64,000 nucleotides of DNA from Eledone cirrhosa (GCA_964016885.1 CAXHJY010000801.1:1-64000), one strand, 5' to 3'; shown: positions 28,422 through 44,601, numbered from the stretch's first letter. Notes: generated by a model not told the origin, from the sequence alone. A program made the numbers and translations.

Positions 28422-29680
28422 CTTGTTTCTACTTTTAGCACAAGGCCAGCAATTAACCCCAGTGCATTACTGGTACTTTATTTTATCGACCCCGTAAGGA
28501 TGAAAGGCAAAGTTAATCTCGGCGCTGATTTGAACCCTGACCGTAAAGGGCAGTTACTCTATGCTGTGAAGCATGGTGTCCGTCGCTCTACTGATTCCTA
28601 TGCCAATCCACCGCCCTATTTAGATGAAGCGAACAGGAGTCAGAATTAAATTATTTAAGTAAAATAAATAAAAAAGAGAAACCAAAGAAGCTAATAATTG
28701 TTTCTACATTTGGCACAAGGCCAGCAATTAACCCCAGTGCATTACTGGTACTATATTTTATCGACCCCGTAATAATTGTTTCTACATTTGGCACAAGGCC
28801 AGCAATTAACCCCAGTGCATTACTGGTACTATATGTTATCGACCACGTAATAATTGTTTCTACATTTGGCACAAGGCCAGCAATTAATCCCAGTGCATTA
28901 CTGGTACTATATTTTATCGACCCCGTAATAATTGTTTCTACTTTTGGCACAAGGCCAGCAATTACCCCAGTACATTACTGGTACTTTATTTTATCGACCC
29001 CGTAAGGATGAAAGGCAAAGTTAATCTCGGCGCTGATTTGAACCCTGACCGTAAAGGGCAGTTACTCTATGCTGTGAAGCATGGTGTCCGTCGCTCTACT
29101 GATTCCTATGCCAATCCACCGCCCTATTTAGATGAAGCGAACAGGAGTCAGAATTAAATTATTTAAGTAAAATAAATAAAAAAGAGAAACCAAAGAAGCT
29201 AATAATTGTTTCTACATTTGGCACAAGGCCAGCAATTAACCCCAGTGCATTACTGGTACTATATTTTATCGACCCCGTAATAATTGTTTCTACATTTGGC
29301 ACAAGGCCAGCAATTAACCCCAGTGCATTACTGGTACTATATGTTATCGACCACGTAATAATTGTTTCTACATTTGGCACAAGGCCAGCAATTAATCCCA
29401 GTGCATTACTGGTACTATATTTTATCGACCCCGTAATAATTGTTTCTACTTTTGGCACAAGGCCAGCAATTACCCCAGTACATTACTGGTACTTTATTTT
29501 ATCGACCCCGTAATGATGAAAGGCAAAGTTAATCTCGGCGGGATTTGAACCCTGACCGTAAAGGGACGTAACTCTATGCTGTGAAGCATGGTGTCCGTCG
29601 CTCTACTGATTCCTCTGCCAATCCACCGCCCTATTTAGATGAAGCGAACAGGAGCCAGAATTAAATTATTTAAGTAAAAT
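28422..29680 (-). repeat. 508-bp tandem duplication (about 2.5 units): full SINE + spacer + three 78-bp SINE 3' ends
   Basis: ORFs 28651-28950 and 29159-29458 are identical; 78-bp sub-repeat AATAATTGTTTCTACATTTGGCACAAGG...TCGACCCCGT. Confidence 0.92.
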
Positions 29681-29749
29681 GAAAAAAAAAAAGAGAAAGT
29701 AGAATAAAAAAGACAAAAAACAAAGAAGCTAATAATGAGAGGAATAAAT

Positions 29750-29941
29750 TGCAACAACAACAACAACAGGAACAACAACAACAGCAACAACAACAACAAC
29801 AGGAACAACAACAACATCAACAACAACAACAGCAATATATATGTGAACAGATTAACATTAAATAGCATAGTATGGCGACAAAAAGGTACTGAAATGGCAA
29901 ACATAAACACAAACACATGCATAAACACACACACACAATTA

Positions 29942-29977
<36 letters not shown>

Positions 29978-30019
29978 CATTTATATTTATGTATATATAT
30001 ATATATACATAAACATATT

Positions 30020-30059
<40 letters not shown>

Positions 30060-30279
30060 CATATTTAGTTATGCATATATATATATATATATACATAAAC
30101 AGATTTATGTGTATATATATATATATATGTATATATATATACTAATATATATATATATACACATTTAAAAAAAAATATATATCTGTATTTATATATACAT
30201 GCATATAAATATATATATATATATAAATATTTATATATATATGCATGTATATACATATATATATATATGTCTAAAAATG

Positions 30280-30363
<84 letters not shown>

Positions 30364-30444
30364 CATTTTCAAACATATATATATGAATTTATATATACAT
30401 GCATATATATATTAAAAAAATATATATATAGATAGATATATGTG

Positions 30445-30534
<90 letters not shown>

Positions 30535-30872
30535 AATATATATTTAAATCCATGCACACATGCATATATACACACAGACTAACATGCATAGAGTGTACAG
30601 TCATACAGGCAGATGTGTAAAGGAATCCATGTATGTTTCATCAGGTCTCCATGTAAAGTGCTTATTAACATAGACTATTTTAACATCAAAAGATTCTCAT
30701 GTGTATATATATATATAGATCTATATACTCATCTTTGTGTGTTTCCGTCTGTGTGTGTTTATACTCTGTGAAAAACATGCTTGCAAGTCAATGATAGCGA
30801 TTAAAATGAAAATTAAAGGAAAAAAAAAACATTTTAAAACGACATACGCACAGCCACGTGCACACAGGCACA

Positions 30873-30944
<72 letters not shown>

Positions 30945-31035
30945 TGTGTTTTTGTGTGCATGTGTGTGTACGTGCATGAATATATGTGAGTTTGTGTGTG
31001 TATATGTGTTTACGTGCGTGAATGTGTGTGTGTAT

Positions 31036-31091
<56 letters not shown>

Positions 31092-31156
31092 ACACGAACA
31101 CACACATACACATATATGTATTTATATGTATGTATATGTATGTATGTATATGTATG

Positions 31157-31210
<54 letters not shown>

Positions 31211-31312
31211 CATATGAATGTTTTTGGTGTGTATGTAAAATACATACATATATGGGTGTGTATGTGTAAATGTATATTTATATGGGTGTGTATATGTGTG
31301 TATACATATATA

Positions 31313-31361
<49 letters not shown>

Positions 31362-33303
31362 TTATGTGCACCTAGTATATGCATATGCCAAACTATGCAC
31401 CTACTTACATACATAACTACAGACTGATAAAATACCGTATGTGCTATTGTATGTTGTTGTGTGTGTGCGTATATTAGTACCTGCTGGTGTGTGTGTGTGT
31501 GTATTAGTATATATGTGTGTATATATTAGTGTTTATGTGTGTGTGTGTGTGTGTGTGTATTAGTGTTTATGTGTGTATATGTGTGTGTATATTAGTGTTT
31601 ATGTGTGTGTGTGTATATATATATATTAGTGTGTGTGTGGGGGATGTATATTAGTGTTTATATGTGTGTGTGTATATTAGTATGTATGTGTGTATGTGTG
31701 TGTATTAGTGTTTATGTGTGTGCATGTGGGGGGGAGGGTATATATATGTGTGTGTGTGTATATTATGTAAGTGTGTATGTGTGTGAGTGTATATATGTAT
31801 GTGTATTAGCGTATATATATATGTATGTGTATTAGTGTATATATATATGTATGTATTAGTGTATATATGTGTGTATGTGTATTAGTGTATATATGTATGT
31901 ATGTGTATTAGTGTATATATGTATGTATGTGTATTAGTGTATATATGTATGTGTATTAGTGTATATATGTATGTATGTGTATTAGTGTATATATATATAT
32001 GTATGTGTATTAGTGTATATATGTGTGTATGTGTATTAGTGTATATATATGTGTGTATGTGCATTAGTGTATATATATATATGTGTATGTGTATTAGTGT
32101 ATATATATATATGTATATATATGTGTATGAGTATTAGTATGTATATGTATGTATGTGTATTAGTGTATATATATATATATATATGTATGTGTATTAGTGT
32201 ATATATGTATGTATGTGTATTAGTGTATATATGTATGTATGTGTATTAGTGTATATAAGCGTGTATGTGAATTAGTGTATATATGTGTGTATGAGTATTA
32301 GTGCAGATATGTGTGTATGTGTACGTGTATACGTGTATGTTTAAGTGTGTGTGCATATGCGTGTTATGTATGTGTGTAATATGTGTGTGTGTTTATGTAT
32401 GTATGTATGTGTGAGTATTAGTGCATATAAGTGTGTGTGTATATGTCTACGTGTGTGTATGTGTGTGTGTATGCGTGGTTGTGTATATATGTGTATGTGT
32501 GTTTATATCTATGTGTGTGTATCTGTGTGTATGTATATTTGTATGTGTGTGAATGTGTGTGTGAATGAGTGTGTGTACGTGTATATGTGTGTATATGTTT
32601 GTCTGTCTGTGTATACGTGAGTTTATGTATGTGTGTGTGTATCTGTGTGTATGTATGTGTATCTGTGTGAATGTGTGTGCGTGTGTATGTATGTATGTAT
32701 ATATGTGTGTGAATGCTTGTGTGCGTGTACGTGTGTGTATTATGTGTATGTATATGTATGTGTATGTATGTATGTATGTATGTGTGTTTGTTTGTATGTA
32801 TATATGTATGTATGTGTGTATGTATCTATGTATGTATATATCGTTTGTATGTATATATGTATGTATATATGTATGTATATATGTATGTATGTATATGTGT
32901 ATATATGTATGTGCGTGTGTATGTGTGTATGCGTGTATATATATGTGTGTGTGTTTGTGTGTCTGTCTCTTTAGATAAAATACATCAAAGCATTTGCTTG
33001 AAACTCTCTGATTGTTTTGCCAATTTGAATATATCGATAATTAAAAGTGAGGGAAAAGATGTGTGGAGGGGAAGGAGGAGTAGAAGAAGTAGAGAAAGGA
33101 GGAGTGAGGAGTAGTAGTAGGAGGGTGGTGATCAGATGAGGGACGGGGGAGAGGAGGGAGAGGTGGAGGAAAGAAGACAAAAAGGAAGTAATGAATTAAT
33201 AAGGAAAGGAAGAAAGAAGGTGGACCAATCTAAATATTGTAAATATATGGCTAATAAGATTTGAATGTAAATGGGGGTGTATATATGTGTATATATATAT
33301 GTG

Positions 33304-33339
<36 letters not shown>

Positions 33340-33344
33340 CATAC

Positions 33345-33376
<32 letters not shown>

Positions 33377-33495
33377 TTGTGTATTTGCGTATATGTACAT
33401 ATATGTGTGTGTGTATGTGTGTATAGATGTAATGTATATATATGTGTGTGTTTGTGTATATGTGTGGGTATATATGCATGTGTATATAAGTATAT

Positions 33496-33539
<44 letters not shown>

Positions 33540-33695
33540 GTATATGTATATATATATGTGTGTGTGTATATATATAAATGTATACGTATATGTGTGTGTA
33601 TATATATATACATATATAAGTCTCTGTGTGTATGTGTATATAGATGTAATGTGAGTGTATGTGTATATATGTGTTTGTGTATATATGTATACGTG

Positions 33696-33748
<53 letters not shown>

Positions 33749-33777
33749 GTGTGTGTATGTGTGTATATATGTACCTA

Positions 33778-33810
<33 letters not shown>

Positions 33811-33825
33811 GTGTGTGTATATATA

Positions 33826-33870
<45 letters not shown>
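29750..33870. repeat. Mixed microsatellites: (AAC)n, (TA)n, (CA)n, (TG)n, plus a GTATTAGTGTATATAT minisatellite (31480-32310)
   Basis: Direct reading; short unique islands in between. Confidence 0.9.
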
Positions 33871-34019
33871 CAACAACACCAACAATATATATATATGAGT
33901 AAGCGAACCAAGGATATAGAGACCATGGTAGATTAATAGATAGGGGGGTGGGTGGTGGAAGGAGAAAGAGAAGGATAGTGTTAGAGAGAGAAATAAATAC
34001 AATGAGAGAGAGGGAAGTG

Positions 34020-34050
<31 letters not shown>

Positions 34051-34051
34051 C

Positions 34052-34085
<34 letters not shown>

Positions 34086-34254
34086 TGAGAGAGAGAGAGA
34101 GGGGGGGGGGGTGAGAGAGAGAGATCGTTCAGTGGTTGAGATCGTGTCTGACATCTTGGAATTTTAAAATATTATAATTTCAATATCCTTTTCAATACAT
34201 ATTATATCAGTATTTGGAAAGAGTTTGGTGATAAGTCGATGAATAAATATATAC

Positions 34255-34672
34255 ATAACAATACCAATAACAACGACAAGATCGATAACTAGAACAACAA
34301 CAACAATAACAACAACAATTATGACAACAACAATAATAACAACAGTAATAACAACAACAATAACAACAACGATAATAAAAAAAATAACATCGATAACAAC
34401 AACAATAATAACAGAAATAACATCGATAACAACAACAATAACAAAAATAACATCGATAACAACAACAATAATAACAACAATAACAACAACAGTAACAGGA
34501 ATATGAATAATAACAACCATAATAACAACAGCAACAATAATAACATCATCAATAACAACAACAACAACAAATCAACAGCAGCAGCAAAAGCAATGATAAC
34601 AAAAATAACAAACTCATCAATAGCAACAACAATAACAACCATCATTACAATAACAACAACAGAGAGCAATAA
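34255..34672. repeat. (AAC/AAT)n degenerate trinucleotide tract
   Basis: Direct reading. Confidence 0.9.
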
Positions 34673-34675
34673 CGA

Positions 34676-35098
34676 TTTCATTTATTAGCCACAAGGGCCG
34701 ACATGTAGGGGACAGTACAAAGACAGGCACAGTGGGGGGGGGGGGTTACAATAAGGTCGAGTAAAAGTGCACAATGGCGAAACTAATTTAACAGTGAAGA
34801 TAGAAAAAATATAAAATAAACTATGCATAAATATAACAAAATAAATTCCCCGATAGGGGGTGGACGACCCTGGGGTGACTCAGGTACCCCGCCAATCCTG
34901 AACAACCCTGCACTTCTAGGGCACCCAGGGAGAGCACCCCTCTCCTCAAGTTAGCTAGCCTATAGGCGCATGGTCAGAGTAGGCCCACTCACACGGGCCA
35001 TTCTCGCCACATTCATCCACCTTTTAGCAAATGTACTGGGGGGCAGGGCAGCACTTCTCTCTCCACCCTCACCTTCCTTTCCAGGTGAAACTTGAAGA
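34676..35098 (-). mobile_element. L1/Tx1-like LINE 3' fragment
   Basis: Minus strand reads FKFHLERKVRVEREVL/(shift)STFAKRWMNVARMARVSGPTLTMRL* (stop 34960-34962), then a UTR ending GTGGCTAATAAA. A similar terminus lies at 56353-56400. Confidence 0.6.
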
Positions 35099-35148
35099 AG
35101 TTGATGAGGGATTGGCTGAAGAGATAATAATAATAATAATAATAATAA

Positions 35149-35507
35149 TAATTGTTTCTACTTTTGGCACAAGGCCAGCAATTATCTCAGTGCATTACTG
35201 GTACTTTATTTTATCGACACCGTAAGGATGAAAGGCAAAGTTAACCTCAGCGGGATTTGAACTCAGACCATAAAGGGCCGTAACTCTTTGCTGCAAAGCA
35301 TGGCGTCAGACCCTAATAATAATAATTGTTTCTACTGTTGGCACAAGGCCAGCAATTAACCAGTGCATTACTGGTACTTTATTTTATCGACCCCGTAAGG
35401 ATGAAAGGCAAAGTCAACCTCGGCGGGATTTGAACTCAGATCGTAAAGGGACGTAACTATGCTGGAAAGCATGGCGTCCGACCCTCTACTGATACTGCCA
35501 ATCCACC
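35149..35507 (-). mobile_element. Two tandem tRNA-SINE copies between (TAA)n runs
   Basis: 35149-35313 (head truncated) and 35323-35507. Confidence 0.88.
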
Positions 35508-36012
35508 TAATAATAATAACATGAAGAAGAAGAAGAAGTAGAAGAAAACGAAAGAGGAGAAGATGACGAAGAAGAAGGTGAAAAAGGAATTAATGAACAA
35601 TGGAAGGAAGTAGCATAACTTAGAATCCAAGTTTATGAAGAGAGTTGAAAAGCGCCATATTAATATGAACTCCAGTGTATTTCGTAATAAAAACAAGTGA
35701 AATACTTCGAGATATAAACATTAAAAAATAAACAGTGGGGGGGGGGGGGGGGGTAAAATATATAAATATACAAACAAAAAAATATATTTAAAAGATATTC
35801 AAGAAACGAAGGGAAGATAAAAAAAATATAGAGATTTTATGGGTTAGGAAGAAAGATTGGAAGCAGTGACTTAACTAAATAAATAATATTGAAGTTGAAA
35901 AGGGCCCTGGTAATATGATCACCAGTCTGGCTGGCACCGACAGTTCAAGTCGAAACAGAACTTAGTATGTTTTCTATGTTTTCTCTTGTTTCGTTATTGT
36001 TATTGTTATTAC

Positions 36013-36049
<37 letters not shown>

Positions 36050-36274
36050 ATTATTATAATTTTTGTTGTTTTTGTTGTTGTTGTTGTTGTTATGTTGTAC
36101 TGTTTTTTTGTTTTTTTTTGGGGGGGGGGGGTTATTTTTTCAATCCCAATTTACTTTATTTACCTAACACGATTCACTACTCTCTGAGATTACTTCCCAA
36201 CTACTGAGAGACTGGAAAATATTTGCCGCATATATATATATATATATATGTGTATATATGTATGTATGTATGTG

Positions 36275-36317
<43 letters not shown>

Positions 36318-36342
36318 ATATGTATGTATGTATATATGTATG

Positions 36343-36388
<46 letters not shown>

Positions 36389-36525
36389 TATGTATGTATA
36401 TGTATTGTGTGTGTATATATATATGCGTGCGTGTGTGTGTATAACTTGAATATATTAACTGGCTCTAACTGGCTCTCCCTGTCTCTCTTTTCCTTAGACC
36501 TTTACATACACAAATGTATATATAT

Positions 36526-36595
<70 letters not shown>

Positions 36596-36765
36596 ATATA
36601 TGTGTGTGTGTCTGTATATATATTTATATATTGACACATGCTACATAAATATTTATATATACATAGATCTAACACACTCAAACACACACAAATATATATA
36701 TACATATATTCATACCCACACACAGACATACATATATATATATATATATACACACACACACCATA

Positions 36766-36804
<39 letters not shown>

Positions 36805-36817
36805 TTCTCTCTCTCTA

Positions 36818-36889
<72 letters not shown>

Positions 36890-38076
36890 ATGTGTCTTTT
36901 ACTTAAATTTTCTCTCTTACTAATTTCTATATTTATTTGAAGAATTTTAATTGTTTCGTTGCTTTTATGGGTATTATTTCTATTTTATTTCACTCAATAT
37001 GGTTTATAAAATTTATCTTGAAGGCGGCGTCTTTGGTGTATTTGTAGAGCTTCTCGTCTGCGTGTATGTCTGTGCCTGTGTGTGTGTGTGCGTGGTGTGT
37101 GTGTATGTGTGTGTGTATGTGTGTGTGTGTGTGTTAGCTGCCTTGTATGTTTGTTTTATCGTACACATGCGCAATTCTCTGCATCTCGGCGCCACCAACA
37201 TTCTTCAATTTTTTTTTCCCACTTCTGTTGCTGTTGTTTTTCATGTGGTTATTTTTTGTTGTTCTTTTGTTGTTGTTTTTGTTGTTCTTTTGTTGGTGTT
37301 GTTGTTGTTGTTGTTCTTCTTCTTCTTCATTATCATCTTCTTCTTCTTCTTCTTATCATCATTATGTCTCCCCTCCTAATCCCCGTTATTGTGTTCTTCT
37401 TCTTTAGCACAATCATCCCCATGAACGCCATCATCATCATCATCATCATCACCCTCCTCACCACCACCATCACCACCGCCATCAGTATCGTCAGCAGAAC
37501 CAAACATCTATGATCATAATCACAGTCACACCCACCCACACATACACACACCCAGACACAGACACACACCCACACAAACACACACCCACACAAACACACA
37601 CCCACACAAACACGCACACAGACATACACACTAACACACAGGAGACCCATATCATATCTTACAAGTCTTCACAAAATAAATGCTCATATCGATATGATTA
37701 AGTAAATATTTTCAATGCTATGTCACAGCATGGCCTCAGTCTATTGTCTAAGACCAGTGAAACTGTAAATCTCACGACAGTAACTCAATATGTCTTAATA
37801 AAAAAGTCTACTGGTGTTATGATCATTGTTGTGACTGTCATATTGTATGTACGTATGGTTCCTTAACTATTGACGGAGTCGTCGGAGCGCCGTATTGACA
37901 TGAGACGATTCTAGAACACTTTCTGTAAAACCAGGTGGAGTCCTTCTCTTCTCCAGGTCTGGATGCATCAGATTTCTTTCGGAGAATTATAGAGAGTGAG
38001 AGAATGGAAGTGATAAAGTGATATAAAGAAAGAATCTACTCCATTACTTAACTGGTATTATATTTGTATATATGAG

Positions 38077-38475
38077 GGGCGCTGGATTGGCAGTATCGGT
38101 AGAGAGTCGGACGTCATGCTTTGACGCATAGAGTTACGGCCCTTTCTGTTCTGGGTTCAAATCCCGCCGAGGTTAACTTTGCATTTCATCCTTACGAGGT
38201 CGATAAAATAATGTACCAGTAATACACTGGGGTAATTGCTGGCCTTGTGCCAAAAGTAGAAACAATTATATTTGTATATATGAGGGCGCTGGATTGGCAG
38301 TATCGGTAGAGGGTCGGACGTCATGTTTTGACGCATAGAGTTACGGCCCTTTCTGTTCTAGGTTCAAATCCCGCCGAGGTTAAGTTTGCATTTCATCCTT
38401 ACGGGGTCGATAAAATAAAGTACCAGTAATACACTGGTTAATTGCTGGCCTTCTGCCAAATAGTAGAAACAATTA
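38077..38475 (+). mobile_element. Two tandem tRNA-SINE copies
   Basis: TGGCAGTATCGG...GGTTCAAATCC...GGCCTTGTGCCAAAAGTAGAAAC twice, with the duplicated flank ATTATATTTGTATATATGAGG. Confidence 0.88.
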
Positions 38476-39224
38476 TATTTGTACATACGCGTGGTCCTAT
38501 AACGCCTGAGTTAGTTCAGAAGGCATATTTCAAAACTTAATAAACAGTTATTTTCTCTTTCATATTAATACAAGTACAAAGTGAGTTAAGAGCTGCAAAC
38601 ATATCACATAATCAAGTTGAACGATGAATGTAATTTTCCGCAGAGTTATATATCGAAATTACCCTCGGCTTTAGAGGACAAGATCAACAAAATCAGGAAG
38701 TGAGTTACACGGTGCTGCTTAGTAGAAGTTTCCCAACGTAACTGCGGGAGAATTGTTAAGTAGACGCGAAATCGACTGCTGGGTGGAAGTCGTTCTTAGT
38801 ATTCCTACGTTCCAATCCTAAGGGCTGGCGACTCACCAAACACGACCAAATTACTCCGACGTGATAAAGTAGCACTATTGCTTGCTACATATTTAATAAT
38901 TCATGTTTTGTTCGTGAAAACTGAAGGGCTGACGTTTCGGATACATTTCTTTCTTCAGAGAGAAATATATATATTGAATATATGTAACAAATTCGTTTAT
39001 AAAAAATAATGTGTAGCGAAGTTTCTAATTCGATTATATCAATGAAAGGTCGAGTGCAAATTGGGTGAATATATATGAAGTGGTGTAATTTCACAGGGCT
39101 AAGTGTAGGGCACCTGACGTCGAAACTATAGTTACGCAGACAATTTATCGTAAAGGGAATGGATGAAATAAATTGTTTTATACATAACCTTGGTGTCTCC
39201 TGTACTGTTTTATTAATTCATCTA

Positions 39225-39227
39225 TCA

Positions 39228-39266
<39 letters not shown>

Positions 39267-39374
39267 CTTTATATAGATAGATAGATATATGAAGATATAT
39301 ATATATATATGAAGATATATGTGTGTGTGTATATACTTACTCACAGGTAACTACGTATATACACATACATATGC

Positions 39375-39431
<57 letters not shown>

Positions 39432-39442
39432 TACATACATAT

Positions 39443-39482
<40 letters not shown>

Positions 39483-39522
39483 GTACATATATACATACAT
39501 ATACACACATATATATATACAT

Positions 39523-39570
<48 letters not shown>

Positions 39571-39575
39571 CATAC

Positions 39576-39628
<53 letters not shown>

Positions 39629-39703
39629 GTACATATATATATATATGTACATATATATATATAAATATATATATGTACATATATATATATATAAATATAT
39701 ATA

Positions 39704-39749
<46 letters not shown>

Positions 39750-40984
39750 TATATATATATATATAAATATATATATGTACATATATATATATATATATAT
39801 AAAATATATATATGTACATATATATATATATATATAAATATATATATGTACATATATATATAAATATATATATGTACATATATATATATATATATAAATA
39901 TATATATGTACATATATATATATTATATATAAATATATATATATGTACATATATATATATATATAAATATATATATGTACATATATATATATATATATAA
40001 ATATATATATGTACATATATATATATATATATAAATATATATATGTACATATATATATATATATATAAATATATATATGTACATATATATATATATATAT
40101 ATATATAAATATATATATGTACATATATATATATATATATATATAAATATATATATGTACATATATATATATACAACTGTATATATTCTGCATCTCTAGG
40201 CTTTCCTCATTATTATATGTTTCACCTTATCTGACACGATAGAAAAGGTCGCCACCAGTATGGAAACGTAGGGGACGTTGGTTGGTTGGGCTAAATAAGG
40301 ATGGTGAGGAGGGGGGGGGGGGGTGAAAGGGGAAGATAACTCGTGTGCTTTACGGTGGAATAATGGGCTGACAGGTGATGGCGAGAAGTACACAAGATCT
40401 GTGTTAGTGTGTATATATGCATACATATATATATATATGTATTGGCGTATACATAGGCGTATATATGAATGTATACGCAGTGTCTGTATGTGAATGTATA
40501 CGCAGTTGATATATGAATGTATACGAAGTCTGTACGTGAATGTATACGCAGTCTATATATGAATGTATACGCAGTCTATATATACGTATATGCAGTGGAT
40601 ATCGTATACACAGTGTATATATGAATGTATACATAGGTGTATATATGAATGTATACATAGGTATATATATGGACGTATACGCAGTGTATATATGTACGTA
40701 TACGCATGCATATATGAATGTATACATAGGTGTGTATATGAACGTATACGCAGTGTATATATGGACGTATGCGCAGTGTATATATGGACGTATACACTGT
40801 ATATATGTACGTATGCGCAGTGCATATATGAATGTATACATAGGTGTATATATGAACGTATACGCAGTGTATATATATATGGACGTATACGCAGTGTATA
40901 TATGAATGTATACGCTGTGTACATATGAACGTATATGTACATACATCCCCCACACATACACAAGCACACGTGTATATGTATGTG

Positions 40985-41023
<39 letters not shown>

Positions 41024-41086
41024 GTATATATATATATATATATATGGGTATATATATATGTAGGTGTGTATATATATGTGTGTATA

Positions 41087-41130
<44 letters not shown>

Positions 41131-41207
41131 CATATATGTGTGTATATATGTATGCATGTGTGTGTGCATGTGCATGTGTGTGTATATATGTATTTACGTA
41201 TGTGTGC

Positions 41208-41239
<32 letters not shown>

Positions 41240-41582
41240 TTATGGGTGTATATATATGCATGTATGTATACATGTGTGTGTGCGTGTATGTGTATATATG
41301 TATGTATGTATATGTGTGTGCATGTATGTATACATATATATATGTACATGGGTGTATATATGTATATGTATGTGTATATATATATGTATGTATGCATATA
41401 TGTATGTATATGTGTGTGCATGTGTGTATATATATATATGTATTTATGGCTGTACATATGATTGTATGCATATGTGTATGCATGTATGTATATATGTATG
41501 TATGTATACATGTGTGTGTGTGTGTGCGTGTATGTGTATATATGTATGTATATATATACATATATGTATGTATTTATGGGTG

Positions 41583-41621
<39 letters not shown>

Positions 41622-41656
41622 GTGTATGTATATGTATATATATATATGTATATATG

Positions 41657-41755
<99 letters not shown>

Positions 41756-41782
41756 GTATGTATATATATATATATATGTATG

Positions 41783-41815
<33 letters not shown>

Positions 41816-41820
41816 GTATG

Positions 41821-41853
<33 letters not shown>

Positions 41854-41880
41854 GTATGTATATATATATATATATGTATG

Positions 41881-41921
<41 letters not shown>

Positions 41922-42242
41922 GTATGTATATATATATATATATGTATGTATATATATATATATATGTATGTATATATATATATATATGTATGTATGTATA
42001 TATATATATGTATGTATGTATATATATATATATATGTATGTATATATATATATATATGTATGTATGTATATATATATATATATGTATGTATATATATATA
42101 TATATGTATGTATATATATATATATATATGTATGTATATATATATATATATATGTATGTATATATATATATATATGTGTATATATATATGTATGTATATA
42201 TATATATGTGTATGTATATATATATGTATGTATATATATATG
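39225..42242. repeat. (TA)n arrays with TGTACA units, a GTATACGCAGTGTATATATG minisatellite (40450-40930) and (TATG)n
   Basis: Direct reading. Confidence 0.92.
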
Positions 42243-42403
42243 TCAGGCGTCATGCTTTCCAGCATAGTGTTACGTCCCTTTACGGTTTAAGTTCAAATCC
42301 CGCTGAGGTTAACTTTGCCTTTCATCCCTACGGGGTTGATATAATAAAGTACCAGTAATGCACTGGGTAATTGCTGGCCTTGTGCCTAAAGTAGAAACAA
42401 TTA
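42243..42403 (+). mobile_element. tRNA-SINE, 5' truncated
   Basis: B box GTTCAAATCC, core and tail present. Confidence 0.82.
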
Positions 42404-42444
42404 TTGATAGTTACGTGTTATTGCTGGTAATGTAACTGCTCTCT

Positions 42445-43040
42445 AATAGTAGTAGTATTGGTAGTTATAGTATCGTAGTAGTTATAGTAGTGGGGGTAGT
42501 AGTAGACGTAGTAGTAGTGGTAGTAGCTGTAGTAGTAGTAGTAGTAGTAGTAGTCGTAGTAGTAGTAGTTTTAATAGTAGTAGTAGTAGTAGTGGTAATA
42601 GCACTAGTATTAGTGGTAATAGTAGTAGTAGTAGTAGTAGTAATATCACGTTTAGTAGTAATAGTGGTAGTAGCAGTAGAAGTAGTTTTAATAGTAGTAG
42701 TAGTAGTGGTGGTAGTAGTAATAACACTAGTATTAGTGGTAATAGTAGTAGTAGTAGTAGTAGTAGTAGTAATATCACTTTTAGTAGTAATAGTGGTAGT
42801 AGTAGTAGTAGTAGTGTTGATAATAGTAGTAGTGGTAGTAGAGGTAGAAATAGCACTAGTAGTAGTAGCAATGGTAGTAGTAGTGGTGTTAGTGTTGGTG
42901 GTGGTGGTAGTAGTGTTAGTAGTAGTAGTAGTAGTAGCAGTAATAGCAGTAGTAGTAGTAGTAGTAGGGATAGCAATAGTAGTAGTAGTAGTAGTTAGTA
43001 GTAGCGATGGTAGTAATAGTAGTAGTAGTAGTAGTAGAAT
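42445..43040. repeat. (TAG)n trinucleotide tract
   Basis: Direct reading. Confidence 0.93.
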
Positions 43041-43477
43041 GGTGCCAGTGTTGGTGGTGTGGTTATTGTCCAATAGGTGAGGTGAAAATCGACCACACGT
43101 TGTGGTATTTTCTTGATTTTAATGGTGAAATTTTCCGCATCACCACACATTGATATTGTCCATTGACCTGATGGATGGTAGTCCATATAAGTGCCTCACT
43201 CTCTATATATCTATATATAGATGTAAGTATATATATATATGTATGTATATGTATGTATGTATATATATGTATATATATGTATGTATGTATGTATATATAT
43301 GCATGTATATGTATGTATGTATGTATATATATGTATGTATATGTATGTATGTATATATATGAATGTATGTATGTATATCTATATATATATATATATATAC
43401 ATATATGTATGTATATATATATATGTATGAATGTATGTATATATATATGAATGTATGTATATATATATATATGTATG

Positions 43478-43526
<49 letters not shown>

Positions 43527-43625
43527 GTATGTATATATATATGTATATATATATATATGTATAAATATATGTATATATATATATATATGTATAAATATAT
43601 GTATATATATATATATATATGTATG

Positions 43626-43665
<40 letters not shown>

Positions 43666-43831
43666 TGTTATATATGTATATATATATATATATATGTTAT
43701 ATATGTATATATATATATATATATATGTTATATATATATATAACATATATATATATGTATATATATATATATGTTATATATGTATATATATATATATGTT
43801 ATATATGTATATATATATATGTTATATATGT

Positions 43832-43884
<53 letters not shown>

Positions 43885-43973
43885 AGTTATATGTATATAT
43901 GTATAGTTATATGTATATATGTATAGTTATATGTATATATGTATAGTTATATGTATATATGTATAGTTATATG

Positions 43974-44004
<31 letters not shown>

Positions 44005-44106
44005 GTATGTTATATGTATATATGTATAGTTATATGTATATATGTATATATATATATATATGTATATATGTATATATATGTATATATATATATATATGTA
44101 TATATG

Positions 44107-44139
<33 letters not shown>

Positions 44140-44176
44140 GTATATATATGTATATATATATATATATGTATATATG

Positions 44177-44225
<49 letters not shown>

Positions 44226-44262
44226 GTATATATATGTATATATATATATATATGTATATATG

Positions 44263-44313
<51 letters not shown>

Positions 44314-44348
44314 GTATATATGTATATATATATATATATGTATATATG

Positions 44349-44383
<35 letters not shown>

Positions 44384-44451
44384 GTATATATATTTAAATG
44401 TATATATATATATATGTATATATATTTATATGTGTTATATATGTATATGTA

Positions 44452-44494
<43 letters not shown>

Positions 44495-44505
44495 GTATAT
44501 ATATG

Positions 44506-44536
<31 letters not shown>

Positions 44537-44543
44537 GTATATG

Positions 44544-44590
<47 letters not shown>

Positions 44591-44601
44591 GTATATATAT
44601 G

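Noticed and set aside
28651-29458. Two identical 99-aa ORFs with 26-aa repeats
   Set aside because: Translation of the 78-bp SINE tail repeats inside a 508-bp duplication.
38085-38170. SINE heads as tRNA genes
   Set aside because: A/B boxes are present but there is no convincing cloverleaf, and each continues into the SINE body and tail.
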